Shown piece by piece: positions 22,681-36,009 of a stretch of 64,000 nt of DNA. Position 1 is the stretch's first letter; each line of letters begins with the position of its first letter. A program made the translations under genes and the position numbers. The notes below the pieces were generated by a model. It saw only the letters and a list, made by a program, of their open reading frames with translations, did not search any database and had not been told where the DNA came from. The stretch spans positions 13,826,001 through 13,890,000 of the forward strand of contig JBHGNT010000001.1 in the NCBI GenBank assembly GCA_043228905.1, read 5' to 3'. The DNA comes from Azolla caroliniana (taxonomy: Eukaryota > Plantae > Polypodiophyta).

Positions 22681-24490
22681 AATATTCATTGTAATAGTGG
22701 ACTATTTTGTATATTGACTTCTTTAATACCAATGGAGAATTTATTTTTTGGAAAAAAAATAATTTTGTATACTAACCAATGTGGAACTATATATATAGCC
22801 CATTGTAATTGGGAGGAGTTTGAATAGGCTTTGTTCATACAGACCCCCTTGATGCAAACAATTGGTTCCGTAAGCAATTGAGGTTCCCCTTGTGGAGTGT
22901 CCACCCTCTTGAGAAGACGCCAACATAGATGTCATCTTCATCTTGTTGTCCGAATGAGATCAATGGTCGTGAGAGCTCAGGTACATGTCGGACATAGTGT
23001 AGTACTAGTGTAGAGCCACCTGGGAGGTTGAGCTCTACAGTGCCAATTCCAATTATAACACAGTGTTGCGAGTTTTCGACTTGAACCGAGTCGAAATGTT
23101 GGGTCGAATATTGCTGAAATTGGGATCTATGAGGGGTCACATGGTAGGACCACCAGAATCCAAGAGCCATGTGCTCGATTCTTCAGTCATAAGAAGAACT
23201 TCTAATTCGACTAAGTTTTCAATTGATAGTATATTGGGATCATCCGTCGATACTTCAGTTGAGGCACCGATGTAGTTGACCTCCTCCTGTCGGCCACCCT
23301 TATGATTAGCTCTCTGAGCCTTTTCATTTCTAGCTCTGAGGACGTGGCAATTGGTCTTGATATGTCTCGGTTTCTTGCAATAATTGCAAGTTCGATTATC
23401 CCAGGACTTGCTCCAGCTTCACTGATTGTTCGGCGGTCGGGAAGAACTTCTTCCTCAATTGTTCGATCGGTCGGTCAAACCTTGTACTATGACAGGTTTG
23501 AACTATGAAGGTGTCAATAGCCGAATCGTTTGCAAACGATTTCCTCCAAGCAACTTCCGTCAAGATTGAGCTCGTGACTTCGGAGTACTTCACAGCGGCA
23601 GTGGACACATTGCACACGGTTGTGACGAAAGTTTCCCACGAAGGGGGGAGACTACTCATGAGCAACATTGCTCTCAATTTGTCCTCGATTGTCGTCCCCT
23701 GAGTGGAAATCTAGGAGCTTAGACTTTCGTACTTTTTCAGGTGTGCTTGGACCGAGTCAGATGTTTTCATCCGAAGGTTGTAGAGATGCTGAATCAAATA
23801 TATCTTTGTGGCGGAGACCTTCTTTTCGTAAGTGTCTGAGAGTGTCTTCCATAGTTGAAAGGCAGTCGAACACAATTGCACTAAGTACACTGACTCCGAC
23901 AAGTGCATCCGAATCGTGGCGCAGACAATTTTGTCTAGCTTCTGCCACTCATTCGGCTTGTATCCTTCTGGACGTTTTCAATCTCGATTGGGTCAATCTG
24001 ACCCTTGACTATTAGACAGTCCTGCATTTGCTCCTTCCAGAAGTTGAAATTCAATCCATCAAACTTCCTTAGACTCATTTCTGATGAGTGGGATGTTGAT
24101 GCCATCTATGTCGCCCTTGGGAGATTCTATCCAGAGTTGGCTATGAATAATGGTAGGGTGTAGCTATCAAGGACGGGTAGACCAGGACAAGGATAAGTAG
24201 GCGAGCTAAATATTAAGAGAGAGATAAAGATAGATATATAGATAGAGAGAGAGCATAGAGAAGAGAACAAGTGAGAGAGAAGGTACACAAAAGAGCAAGA
24301 ACTAAATTATGCTTCTGTAACTGGTGTTATTCACCTTGATTGTAATCAAGCTGCACCGAAACATCTAGAGAGTGCATTGAAACTTCTAGAGAGTGCATGA
24401 AGATGCATTCTCTAGAAGTTTCTTGAAAGTTCTAGTGATTAACATAGAATGTAATAAGTTGAAACTTATACAATACAATAATGCATAGAT

Positions 24491-24559
24491 GGATGTAGCT
24501 CAATTGGTAAGGTTGCCCAATAAGATCAGGAGGTAATGGGTTCAACCCCCTACATTCCA
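24491..24559 (+). other. tRNA-like cassette (Pol III A and B boxes) inside the 3' LTR
   Basis: GGATGTAGCTCAATTGGTAAGG...GGGTTCAACCCCCTACATTCCA: A box TAGCTCAATTGG, B box GGTTCAACCC, closing stem ATGTAG/CTACAT, ends in CCA. Confidence 0.65.
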
Positions 24560-24565
24560 TCGTGT

Positions 24566-27500
24566 CTATGACATTATCCTCCCTCTAAGGCCGCCTCCCA
24601 GAACTCGTGGGTATCGTTGATGAAAATCGTGAATGGCCTCCAGAGCATTTTGTAAATGTGTAATAGGTTCCCATGTGGCATCCGAAATGGGGTAACCTTT
24701 CCATAAGACCAAATATTGGAGTTGTTGACGCCGATATCGAGAGTCGAGGATATGGTCAACCTCATATTCTTCGCCCATCGACAATTCCATAGGTGGCAGT
24801 GGAGGAGATTGTCGTCTCGGAATTTGAGAAGGATGGTAGAGTTCGAGGAGAGAAACGTGAAAAACATTGTGAATCCTAAATGTTGGAGGAAGTGCTAACC
24901 GGAAGGCGACTGGTTTGATCCACTCGGGGATACAGAAAGGGCCTAGACTTTTGTAGTCCAATTTTGCACAAGGATGTGTGGTGGCGATGTGGTGACGTAA
25001 CAACTACCATGTCCCCAACTGCAAACGTCGATGCAGCCAAGCAATGTCGGTCCGCTTGATCTTTATATTGGGCGCTAGCTACACGGAGCTCCAAGGTGAG
25101 ATCACGATGGACATTGTGTAAAGCGCGGGCACGCGTCTCTACCGATGGATTGACCGAAGTTGTAGGTATGGAAATGTTGAAACAAGGGTGAAATCCACAG
25201 TTTGCAAAGAAGGGGGAAACCTTAGTCGAAGCAGGGATACTATTATTGTAGGCAAATTCCGCCATTGCAAGGAAGCCCACCCAATCCTCTTGTTGGTAGC
25301 TCACGGTACATCGAAGGTATTGTTCGAGGATTTGGTTGACTCGCTCCATTTGTCCATCAATTTGAGGATGGTATGTTGAGGACAAGTTTATAGAAGTCTC
25401 GAATGTTTGCAGAAGTCGTCGCCAAAAGTGGGAAATGAACTGAGAACCTCGATAAGAGGTGATATCCTCGGGTAAGCCATGTAATCGGAAAACATTTTTA
25501 AGAAAAAGGTCAGTTGTCTCTTCCCCGGAAATGGTTTTGGAACATGGGATAAAGTAAGCCATCTTCGAAAACCGATTGACAATGACTAGCATTGTGTCAT
25601 GGCCACCAACCAGAGGGAGGTCGGTGATAAAGTCCATGGATAGAGAGACCCATGGTTGACTTGGAATGGGGAGCGGGTGGAGAAGACCATACAGCCGATG
25701 GTGACGCATTTTGGACCGAGCACATACATCACATGTCTTGATAAATTCTTTGACAAATTTCCAAGGTTGGAGCCACCAAAACCCTCAAGATAGCAATTCC
25801 AGGGTTTTCGTGACCCCAAAGTGGCCGGCAAGAGGATCATCATGATAGTTTTGTAGTATCCGTGTCCGACATGGTCCTTCGGGAACGTACAAGAGATGAT
25901 TACGATATAGTAACCCATCCTGTAATTTGGTTGAGATATGAGCTTTTCATGCCCGGAGATGGGACATTGATGCGGGCCATGATTTCTTTGGCGAATGGGT
26001 CTGACGTGGTTGTCGTGGCAATCTCGTTGAGCAAAGAATCATCATGCAACATGCAGGTGGCAAACATCTGAGGTTGATCGGGCCGCAACAAACAATGGGA
26101 TTGTTGTGAATATGTGTCATCTCCTGGGCGCAATGCAAAATCAGGACGCCGAGAGAGGGCATCAGCTTTCCTATGTTGAACTCCAGGTCGAAACAAGATC
26201 TCAAAGTCGTAGTTGGCAAAAAAAGATGACCATCGGGGTTTCTCCGATTCAATGTACGACTAGTGCTGAAGTAAATTAGATTTTTGTGGTCGGTCAGCAC
26301 CTGGATGCGATGTTGGGCCCCAACCAAATAGGGTCACCACTCGGTGAAGGCAGATATGATTGCTGCAAGCTCCTTGTCGTAGACCGGATAATTGATTTCC
26401 GGGGCGGTAAACTTCCGAGAGTAGAATGTAACAGGATGTAGTGTGCCCTCATCGTCTGGTTGGGACAGGACAACTCCAATGGCAAAGTCGGAGGCATCAG
26501 TTTCAACTTGGAACGGCCTTGTGGGGTCGGGGTGGACCAACATTGGGGCTGTGAGAAAAGTTGCCTTGAGGGCATCAAAAGCACTTTGTGCCGTAGAGGT
26601 TCAAAGAAATGGAGTATCTTTTCTAGTAAGCATGATTAAAGGTTGCACTAAAGAGGAAAAACCATTGATAAATCGTCGATAGAAATTTTCAAAACCGAGA
26701 AATGATTGTACCTCTTTCAACCGAGTAGGGACAGGCCAATCTGTTATTGCCGCTACGCTGTGTGCATCCATTGTGATGCCTGAGGGTGAAATCACGTAGC
26801 CTAGGAATTCGACAAAGGTTCGATTGAATTCACATTTCTCGCTTTTGATGTAAAGTCCATGTTCCCAAAGTTTGGATAGAACCAGTTGGATGTGTCGGGT
26901 GTGCTCCTCTATGTTGGAAGAAAAAACTAAAATGTCGTCAAGGTAGATCACCACGAAGTGATCGAGATACTCCCGAAATATATTGTTCACCATGTGTTGA
27001 AAGACCATCGCGGCATTGGTGAGACCAAAAGGCATCACCTTGTACTCGAAATGTCCATAGCGTGTTCAGAAGGCAGTTTTCCACTCGTCTCTTGGCTTGA
27101 TCCACACCAGATTGTAGGCTCCCTGAAGGTCGATTTTGGAGAAGATACGGCCGGTTCGATGTCGGTCAAGGAGTGTTGGAATTAAAGGCAAGGGATAATG
27201 ATTACGTACCGTAATTTTGTTGAGAACCCAATAATCCACACATAGGCGGAATGAGCTGTCCTTCTTCTTGACAAATAAGATTGGGGCCCCAGCCATTGAT
27301 TTGGAGGGTTGAATGAAGCCCATGGCGAGGTTTTTATCCAGATATGTGCGAAGAGCCTCAAGTTCGGGTTTAGATAGTCCATAGATGGTCCCAAATGGTG
27401 GATGTGCACCATCTTGGAGTTCGATTGGGCAATCATAGGGGCGATGTGCCGGTAACCGATCTGCATTTCGCTTTTCGGACACGTCCAAAAAATTGCTATA

Positions 27501-29201
27501 TCTTGCAGGCAAATTGGTGACAGGAACAGAGATGTCCTGTGACACAACGGGCATGGAAGCGACCACGCTAGAATCGACCACAATGGAATCGAAAACGTTG
27601 GAGATTGAGTTGAAATCAGAAGAATGTGCACCCACGCTGAAAGCAGACCCCACACTAGTAATGGTGTTTGTGGAAGAGACCCCGCTGGTGTTGGAGTAAA
27701 GATCATGGAGTGGCTGCACCAATCTACCATCGGATTGTGTGTTTCCAACCAGGAGAGCCCTAAAACAATCGGATGTCGAAGGGTTGCAATGAGATAGAAT
27801 GTTAGTACCTCCTGGTGGAACCCGACTTGAAGTACCAACGGGACAATCGCTTCAGTAACCGCCCCCAAAGAGAGAACTTGTCCGTCGATAGCTTCAACGG
27901 ATATGGGTTGTGTTGTGCGAACAATGGGGATTTTATGTGTTCGGATGAACGTGATATCGATGAAATAAATAGATGCATCAGAATCGAGCAAGGCATGAGA
28001 TTTTATTGAAATAGACCCAAAATAAAGACTTACTTGCAAAGTAAAACCTCCTACTAGTGTGACTGAATTGTAGGAGCACAAAGAAGTAGGGCGACGGGAA
28101 GTGTCCAATGGCATGGCTCCTATTGCAACCTGACTTGCTCATTTTCCTGTTGTCCAGAAACCTCCGCAAGACGTGCATAATAGTTTTCTTGTTGTCGAGA
28201 AACCTCTGCAAGACGTGCACGATGGGATTGATGATGAGGGCCGCACATCGGGTAGTGGCGGATGACATGGCCGGGGCTACCACAATAGAGGCAGAGGCCA
28301 TTGTCACGTCGATGTTGCCGTTGGACATCGGTTAATGGTTGGAACCGAGCATGGTCGATCTCCATTGGGGTACGGGGGTCGACCTCCATCGGGGTATGAG
28401 TATCATTGGAAGATGGCAACCGTGGCATGCTTGGCAAAACTGATATATATGGCTTTGTGAGTGGAGCATTGCGAGAGGAAGACGGAAAGCCTCGAGTCCC
28501 CCGTTCCTCTTGTCGAAGCTTGAAAAGATGATTATCACATTGAACGGCTTGGGAGATTACCTGGGACAATGATGTGGGCTCCGGAAATTTTAAGAGAAGA
28601 GTCTTGACATCATTTCAGAGGCCTCGACGAAACTAGTCGCATAAAGCTTGGTCATCCCAGCTGACATCGCACGCGATCTGATGAAACTCTGAAGCATAGA
28701 CGAAAGCTGGATGAGAGCCTTGTTATAAGGAATAGAGTTTCGTGAGTGTAGTTCGTCGTCGATCTGTCTCTCCGAATGTGGCTTCAAGATCCGCAAGGAC
28801 GGCAGGAAAGTTGTCTAAGAGTGGGGATGAGGTCTCGATCAATGGTGCAAACCGCACTTGTGTTGGCCCTGAGAGAAGGGTGCCAACGAGGCCGACCCGA
28901 GAGAAATCACTAGCATAATGTTGGGGTTGCAAGCGATGATAAGCTGAATTTGATTGATGAAGCCACAAAGATGCGCCCTCGAGCCGTTGAATTTGTCAGG
29001 TAGGCTAATGTTAGGTTTGAGGACATATGAATGGGAAGAGGAATGGGTTGGGTTAGGTGCTAACGGAAGGTGAGGCTCAACGGGTAGAGGGTTGTTGGAT
29101 GTGCTATTTTGAAGCTCCCGTAATGATTGACGAAGGCTTTCATTTTCTAATTGAAGTTGTTCCAAGACTGCCATTACTTGGCTTAAGGCCGAGTCGGACA
29201 T
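24566..29201 (-). pseudogene. Chromovirus gag-pol with a C-terminal chromodomain
   Basis: ORF fragments 28839-29234, 28723-28968, 28120-28569, 27182-28114, 27066-27722, 26601-27038, 26334-26543, 24876-25709 and 24566-25003. Confidence 0.93.
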
Positions 29202-29579
29202 GGTAACAAGAAGGGAAGGTGAACAAATTGTCACGGACGGGTAGACTAGGACAGGGATAAGTAGGCGAGCTAAATATTAAGAGAGAGCGAAAGATAGATA
29301 TATAGATAGAGAGAGAGCATAGACAAGAGAACAAGAGAGAGAGAGAGAGAAGGTACACAAAAGAGCAAGAACTAAATTATGCGTCCGTAACTGGTGTTGT
29401 TCACCTTGATGGTAATCAAGGTGCACCGAAGTATTTATACAAGAATGTGGGTATGCATGCAAGCTAGGAAACATCTAGAGAGTGCATGAAGATGCATTCT
29501 CTAGAAGTTTCTTGAAAGTTCTAGTGATTAACATAGAATGTAATAAGTTGAAACTTATACAATACAATAATGTATAGAT

Positions 29580-29648
29580 GGATGTAGCTCAATTGGTAAG
29601 GTTGCCCAATAAAACCAGGAGGTCATGGGTTCAACCCCTTACATTCCA
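29580..29648 (+). other. tRNA-like cassette inside the 5' LTR (second copy)
   Basis: Same as 24491-24559 with a few substitutions. Confidence 0.65.
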
Positions 29649-30599
29649 TCGTGTTTATGAAAGTATCCGACTAGCTCACCTAAATTTGTTCTAGCTGGAT
29701 TTGGACACGAGTTTGCCAATTGGATTTTGAATGACTATTGTATGGTGTGTTTGCTCCAAGTGGCTACAAAGAATGGAGGGACAGAACGGACTGGTCTTCC
29801 CAAATATCTCTTAGTCGAGTGGGGCACAGCTATATGCTAAATAGGTTCCGAACACCAATTTTAGAGGCCGATCACAGATTATGTGCCTTCTTTTTAGGTC
29901 AATCTTGCTTCAAGTGATTACGACGATTTGAGGGGTAGATTTAAACTATTCTTCCCAGATTTTGTCTAGCCGAGTGAAGCACAAATGAGGTTGCTCCTAG
30001 GGATGGATTTGCTTTGAGTGGTTACGACAAACGAGTAGACAACGCCTAACCTGATAAAGCATGTTCGAGGCCAATTTGATAGAGATTCCACTCTGAGCGG
30101 TTGCAATCACAGAAGCAATGTACAACCCGGTTGGCTTACCTTAAAAGTGATCTAGGTTAGTAGAGTGCAAATCTTTAGTTGTCTTTCTCTTCTCAAGATG
30201 AGATCTTGAACTCAAGGTCTTCACGAAGATAGGGTCAAGACTGTTGTTGAAAACAGATGACAGCCGGCAATGAGTTGAATAACTTTGAGCTCTGATACCA
30301 TATGTTGAAGTCTGAGACCGTCAGTGTAGAAACAAGAACATCTATGCTTAGAAGATCACCAAGTTAGCATGGTAGAGAGATCAAAGAGACAAAGTGATCG
30401 AGAGAGAGAGAGATAAAGAATGTCAAACAATATGTAATTGTATTATTGGAACTCAATGTTACAATAGAATGGAGAGAAAAAACACCAATTAACACTAGGC
30501 TACAAAGCTAGTTATATACCAACTAGGCTAGGGCAACTAACCTTTGACTTATTTACATTATTGTCCTAAACCTAGTTTGTCCAAGGGAGATAGTTGGGC

Positions 30600-32710
30600 T
30601 TTTGGAGTCGCTTCTTACGTAGAGGGAATTGTTTGATTTCGACATTCAGAAGCCGATTTGGTGAAGATATTGAGTAATCTTCGAATGCCAAGCACGCGGT
30701 GCTTGCTTGAGTCCATATAACAGCTTCTTGAGTCGGCAGACTGCGATCAGATGGTTGGTCAATTCGAAACCGGGTGGTTGAATCATGAAGACCTCTTCTA
30801 ATTCATCTTGAAGAAATTTTTTCTTCACATCCATTTGATGGAGGTGCCACCGTCTAGCAGGTGTGAGTGCAATGATTGTTTGAAGAGTTGTCATCTTTGC
30901 CACTAGAGTAAAGGTCTCCTCATAATCAACTCTGTACGATTGAGTGTATCCTTTTGCTACAAGTCATGCTTTGTAGCGGTTTACCGAGCCATCGGCATTA
31001 TACTTTACCTTGTAGATCCACCTGTGGCCGATCACTTTCTTGTGTGGTGAGTGGGGAACGAGATCCCATGTCTCATTCTCGCATAATGCCTACATCTCCT
31101 CGTTCATGGCTTCGACCCATCATGAATCCTTGACTGCCTTGGAAAATTTTTACAGTTCTCAGACTGTTGCCACCTTCATCATAAAGGCATAGTGATATGC
31201 CATGTAGTCATCATAGCCGAATCGGCTGACCAGATTTTTCTCTCAGTTAGAGCGACGGAGTTTCTCGTTTACGGTAACTATGGTTTTTTTTACTCCATTC
31301 ATCTACATAATCGGAGTATCAAGTCCATTGAACTCACTATTGAGTGAGTGAGTCGATTCGTCGTCGTTCAGATCTTCGTACTCCGGCATTTTGGCCTTCC
31401 ATTTTTCCATCTTCAGACTTGGCCGAGATGTGCTTTGGTCACTCGGAGGCTCTTGTGGCCCACTGAGCCTAGTCATAATTAGACTTTCGTTCTATTATAT
31501 GCCTCGATCGATCATCATCTTCCATCTCTTGTTCGGCCAAGTTCTGGTCGATTGGGGTTGTAGTCGGAGTCGTCTCCGGTCGTACTAGGATGCCGACTCG
31601 TCGAAGACGGCGTCACAACTCAGTCAAACTTTTTGGGTAGATGGATTATAACATTTGTACCTCTTTTGCTCGAGTGAGTACCCTACGAGGATACATTTCT
31701 CCGACTTAGGATCAAGCTTTTGTCGCTTCTCATTGGGAATATGTACATAAGCAATCGAGTTGAATATCCTAACGTGGGATAAATACGGCTTCTTCCAAAA
31801 AAACTTCTTGTGGGGTGTTACGTCGTTTACTCCTAATGTTGTGCACCGATTCATGAGATAGACAGTTGTGTTAGCCGCTTCTGCCCAGTACGACTTCGGC
31901 AAGTTCTTTTCGGTCATCATTGCCCTAGCTACCTCTAATATGTGCCGATATTTCCTTTCAGCTACTCCGTTTTGCTGAGGTGTGTGTTGGCAAGTAAATT
32001 CTCGTTGAATTCCTTCCTTTCAGAGATAAGCTATAAATTCATTCGAGTACTCCTTTCCATCGTCCGACCAAAGGCATCGAATATGCTGACCTGTTGCTTT
32101 TTCGACTTCATTTTTAAATGCCTAGAAGTGTTCGAACACTTCGCCCTTTTGTTGCATGGGGTAGATCTAGGTGTGTTTGGGGAAGTCGTCGATGAATGTG
32201 ACGTAGTATCGACATCCTCCGAATGTTGTCGTCTGAGCTTGCCCCCATACATCTGAATGTATTACATCCAGGATCCCTTTTCTTATATTCCTCTCTTTCG
32301 GGAATGGTTGTCGATGTTGCTTGCCAAATTGGCAAGCTTCTCACACTTCAGCAATCTCCTTCTCTGTAAACGTTGGGATTCTGATGAAGACTCCCTTTGA
32401 TTACATGCCCTTGGAGCATTTGGAGATTGATGTGGCCGATTCTTTTGTGCCACACTTCCAAGTTAGTGTTGACTTTGAGGCCTTTCACGAACATAGGCGA
32501 CTTCACCTCGTTCAAATCGAGGATGAACATTTGACCTTCTCTTCGACCTCGTGCAACAAGTCGACCGTCTTTTTCAATAAAGCACCCTTCGTGATTGAAC
32601 CGTACTTGCATGCCTTGTTCTACCATCTGGCCAATCGAGATCAGATTTTTCGTGATGGTCGGGACATTCAAGACATTCTTGATGTAGGATGGCTCCCCCC
32701 TCTGCCAAAC
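30600..32710 (-). mobile_element. Copia internal fragment (end of protease, GAG-pre-integrase, integrase, start of RT), related to the 6696 and 33888 elements
   Basis: VLNVPTITKNLIS, WHKRIGH, YWAEAANTTVYLMNR, DPKSEKCILVGYS and LYGLKQAPRAW. Both ends are truncated. Confidence 0.88.
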
Positions 32711-35700
32711 TCCCTTGGTGTGTTCCTGACCTCTTGCCAATTATAGGAATTGTGTTCTTGGATTGGCTCACCATGTCGATCTCATCCAAATCAACCTATG
32801 TTTCCTTGGCCGAATCCTCTTACCATGGCCTATTGGGTAAAAGCATGCTACGGTGTACCAACTTTTGGCCAAAAATTTAGTACTAAATCGAGGAAGAAAA
32901 TAAACATAAAAAATTGAAAATAAAACAATTACTGCAGAAAATAGTGGATTATCATCCATTGAATGAGGTTCAAATTCAAATAACAAATTCAATACGAATG
33001 TATAAAGATATTATAAGTCACAATCGAAGTGTCCCAAGGCCGTATTTAATACATTAACTATAACTTCATTCTCCTAGGTAGAGTTGTACGAAAGTAGACC
33101 TAGAGAAGGTTTCGAACGTGTCAGTTGGTCAGTCTCTCTCTCTCTCTCTCTCTCTCTTCTGTCTCAAAGTTGTCAGTTAGACAGTGGCAGAAAGTTAGAA
33201 ATCAATTGCATGTATATTACCTATCCCTCTCTTTCTCTCTTGCTCTCTCTCACTCCACCTTTGATTCTCTGTTTCCCCGCATTATTCTTGTTGTGTTCCT
33301 TCTGTACCTGATTTTTGTTGTTGTTTCCCTATGATCTCTGAACTCTGTATACGTAGAGATTGTTGTTTCCCCTCTATGCTCGTTGTTCTTGTTGTTGATG
33401 TGCTTTCTCTAAACTTTGTGTATGCTCGCTCGTTTGTCTCCTCTGCATGACCTTGTCAACAACCTCTTGCATATAGGTGATTTCCTCGGCTTGGTGTGCT
33501 CCCAAGGTGAAGAAATCAACACAGTGTGGTACCTCTGCCTTGACCTTGGCTCCATCTACCTTCGACCCATCGTTCCATCTGCAACTTGTACGACCTCTAG
33601 GTATTCTCTGTGTTGCATTTACAGTTTAGGGTTTGATTATTCATATTCTCTATGTTGCATGTCCAACTGGTATGTTTTCGTTTTCAGTATGTTTCATGTC
33701 CGTTTGTTTTCATTAGTACGTGTGTTTGACTTGGATGAGTTTTTGTCTGACTGTTTAGGGTTTTTGTGTGTTTGACATGGCTTGTACATGCAACTTAGAT
33801 TGAGTTGGCTATGATGATTTGGTGGTTGTTGATGGTATTTTGATGAGTTTTCTTCTTGTACACGCATATTATTTCAACAAGAATAGTTGTTGAGCGAGCA
33901 AGCTCAACTGGATCCGGATCGGTATCCGGAAACAACCAGCCGGATCGGAGAGCCGGATTCGAGCGCGAACCAAAAGCCTAGTAGTAGCCTAGACTACTAG
34001 GTAATCATTGTCTCGTAGTTAGTGTTAGTCACACGTATGAGCATTGAAGTACTTGTCAGTACTTCTGTCAGTCCTTTATGGACTTTGTATAAATAGTGTT
34101 GTTATAGCACATTGTATGTACAGAGTTTTAGAGTCATTTTTGAATCTACGTTTACGTTCTACTCTCTCTGTCTCTCCTGTGTATTAAGCTTCTCTATTAA
34201 ACCTTCATCTTATTCTCTGTTGCTATCCAACTAAGCTGGTTTGTCTAACGCTTCCACACGATAACATCCACATTGTATCAGAGCGCGAGGGTTGAGAACC
34301 TCTGCAGCCGACACTTGCTTTTGTAGATGAACCCTAAAACCCAATAACAACAGACAAGGAGAAGATATGGACAGAGGAATGACGAGTTCACTTCCAACAG
34401 AGAAGCTCGATTGGAGAAACTACGCATCTTGGTCATACAAGATGCACCAGTACCTATTGGGGCATGGATATTGGAGCTTCGTGGAAGGAATGAACGAGGT
34501 AGCACCAGAGCCGACACATAGTGACTTCCCGGTATAGGAGCAAGGAGTGAGCCGAGTATTGTACTGGCTCACATCTTGTGTGCCCAATCAGATGCTCGGC
34601 TACATCAAGGATGCAAAGATGCCGAAGGAGGCCTAGGGAAATCTGAGGAAGATTTTCGCCGCGAGTACCACAACTCGTAAGTTGCAGCTCTTGCAAGAGT
34701 TGAACAACATCCGACAAAGAGACATGTCGATTACGGACTACACCACCAAGATAAAGGAGATTTGTGACGCACTCGGGTCTATCAACGTGACAGTGGACGA
34801 AGACGAGATGGTACAAATCTGCCTTGGTGGTCTAGCGCAAAGGTACGGGCCAATCCAGACAGCGATCTGCACCCGGGAGAAACCACCGTCTTTCTTCCAC
34901 TTGCAATCGATGTTAATGGTCGAAGAAAATCATGCGAGTGGGTCAAGGACCACTCAATCGGACGGCCAGATGTTGTACACGGAGACAGATCAGCCCCATG
35001 GACGTGGTGGATGAGGTGGGTCGGCATGCAATGGAGGCAGCCGGCAAGAGCAGGACCAGAGGCACAAAGATATTGCCGACAGCAATTCCGGACCCTCCAC
35101 AAGTAGGGTGAGTCAAAGTGGCGCCGGGAACCGGCAAGGAAAGGCCGACACGGAATGCTGGTACTGTGGCAAAAAGGGCCACAGGGAAAGCAAGTGCTGG
35201 AAGAAGCGCGCCGATTCGGACAAATCCGGATACGGCAAAAACGGTCGGGAGAACCGGCAAAGCTCGCACTACGCAAAAGGATCGGAAGGATCTGGAACCG
35301 GGAAAACCAGTAAAGGGCCAGCCTTCGTGCTGAAACACAAAGCTAACTCGATGAAGAAGACTACTTCCAAATTGGAGGAACTATGGTACGTTGATTCTGA
35401 AGCGTCCAAGCACATGACGAGCCATGAAGAGTGGTTCTCTTTTTTGGAGAAGCCGGAACAATTGGGGATTGTCGAAACCGGAAACGACACCCCTCATCCG
35501 ATTGTGCATGTCGGAGAAGTCCCTTTAAGCCATGTCAGACAAAAGGGGAAGTTGATGAACATACTACACGTTCTGACTATCACAAAGAACCTGGTGTCAG
35601 TTGGACAAATCGTCGACCAGGGGATGCAGGTGCGGTTTATGCAGCTAGGGTGCTTCATCGAAGAAGAAGGCCGGATAATCACGCAAGGGCGCAGAGAAGG

Positions 35701-36009
35701 GAGGATGTTCATCCTCAACACTAATGACGTCGACACCGCCATGTTTGCCAAAGGACAAAAGATTGAATCGGAAATTGATTTCTAGCACAAGCAGATCAGC
35801 CACGTCAATTATCGGAGGCTTCAAGACCTACAATCAAAACAAGTTGTGTTCGGATTGCCGAAATTTAGTGGTCGGAAGGCCGAAATTTGTGAAGCCTGCC
35901 AACTCGGGAAGCAACACCGACTTCCATTCCCCACTGAATGAAATCGGAGCCGTAACAAGCTCGACCTAATCCATTCAGATGTATAGGGACCGGCACAAAA
36001 CGTTAGTCT

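Larger units (their letters stand above)
24165..29662 (-). mobile_element. Ty3/Gypsy chromovirus (Tf1/sushi/Tcn1-like), full length but frameshifted; LTRs 24165-24573 and 29229-29662; TSD GTAGC/GTATC
   Basis: Domain order gag (PDKFNG; CLYCGSPGHVIRHYP knuckle remnant), protease (ALLDSDAS), RT ([15 protein letters not shown]), RNase H (ETDASDFA), integrase (SMDFITDLP, GQMERVNQ), GPF motif and chromodomain (EYEVDHILDSR...YLVLWKGYP..DATWEP). PPT at 24574-24590. Confidence 0.95.
22830..30594 (-). mobile_element. Truncated Copia (family of 43690-54802): partial 5' LTR 30303-~30594, PBS 30289-30300, long 5' UTR, gag-protease 24106-22830; interrupted by the Gypsy element
   Basis: PBS TGGTATCAGAGC. 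gag MASTS..SEMSLRKFDGLNFNFWKEQMQD is colinear with ORF 44676-45566. Protease WLLDSG is present. Confidence 0.85.

Noticed and set aside
24491-24559. Functional tRNA gene
   Set aside because: No convincing anticodon stem-loop, the two copies differ in that region, and it is part of an LTR.
32700-33000. Left terminus (TIR) of the Sola-like element at the junction with the truncated Copia
   Set aside because: The junction is abrupt (~32710), but the other end is outside the window, so no TIR or TSD can be verified.
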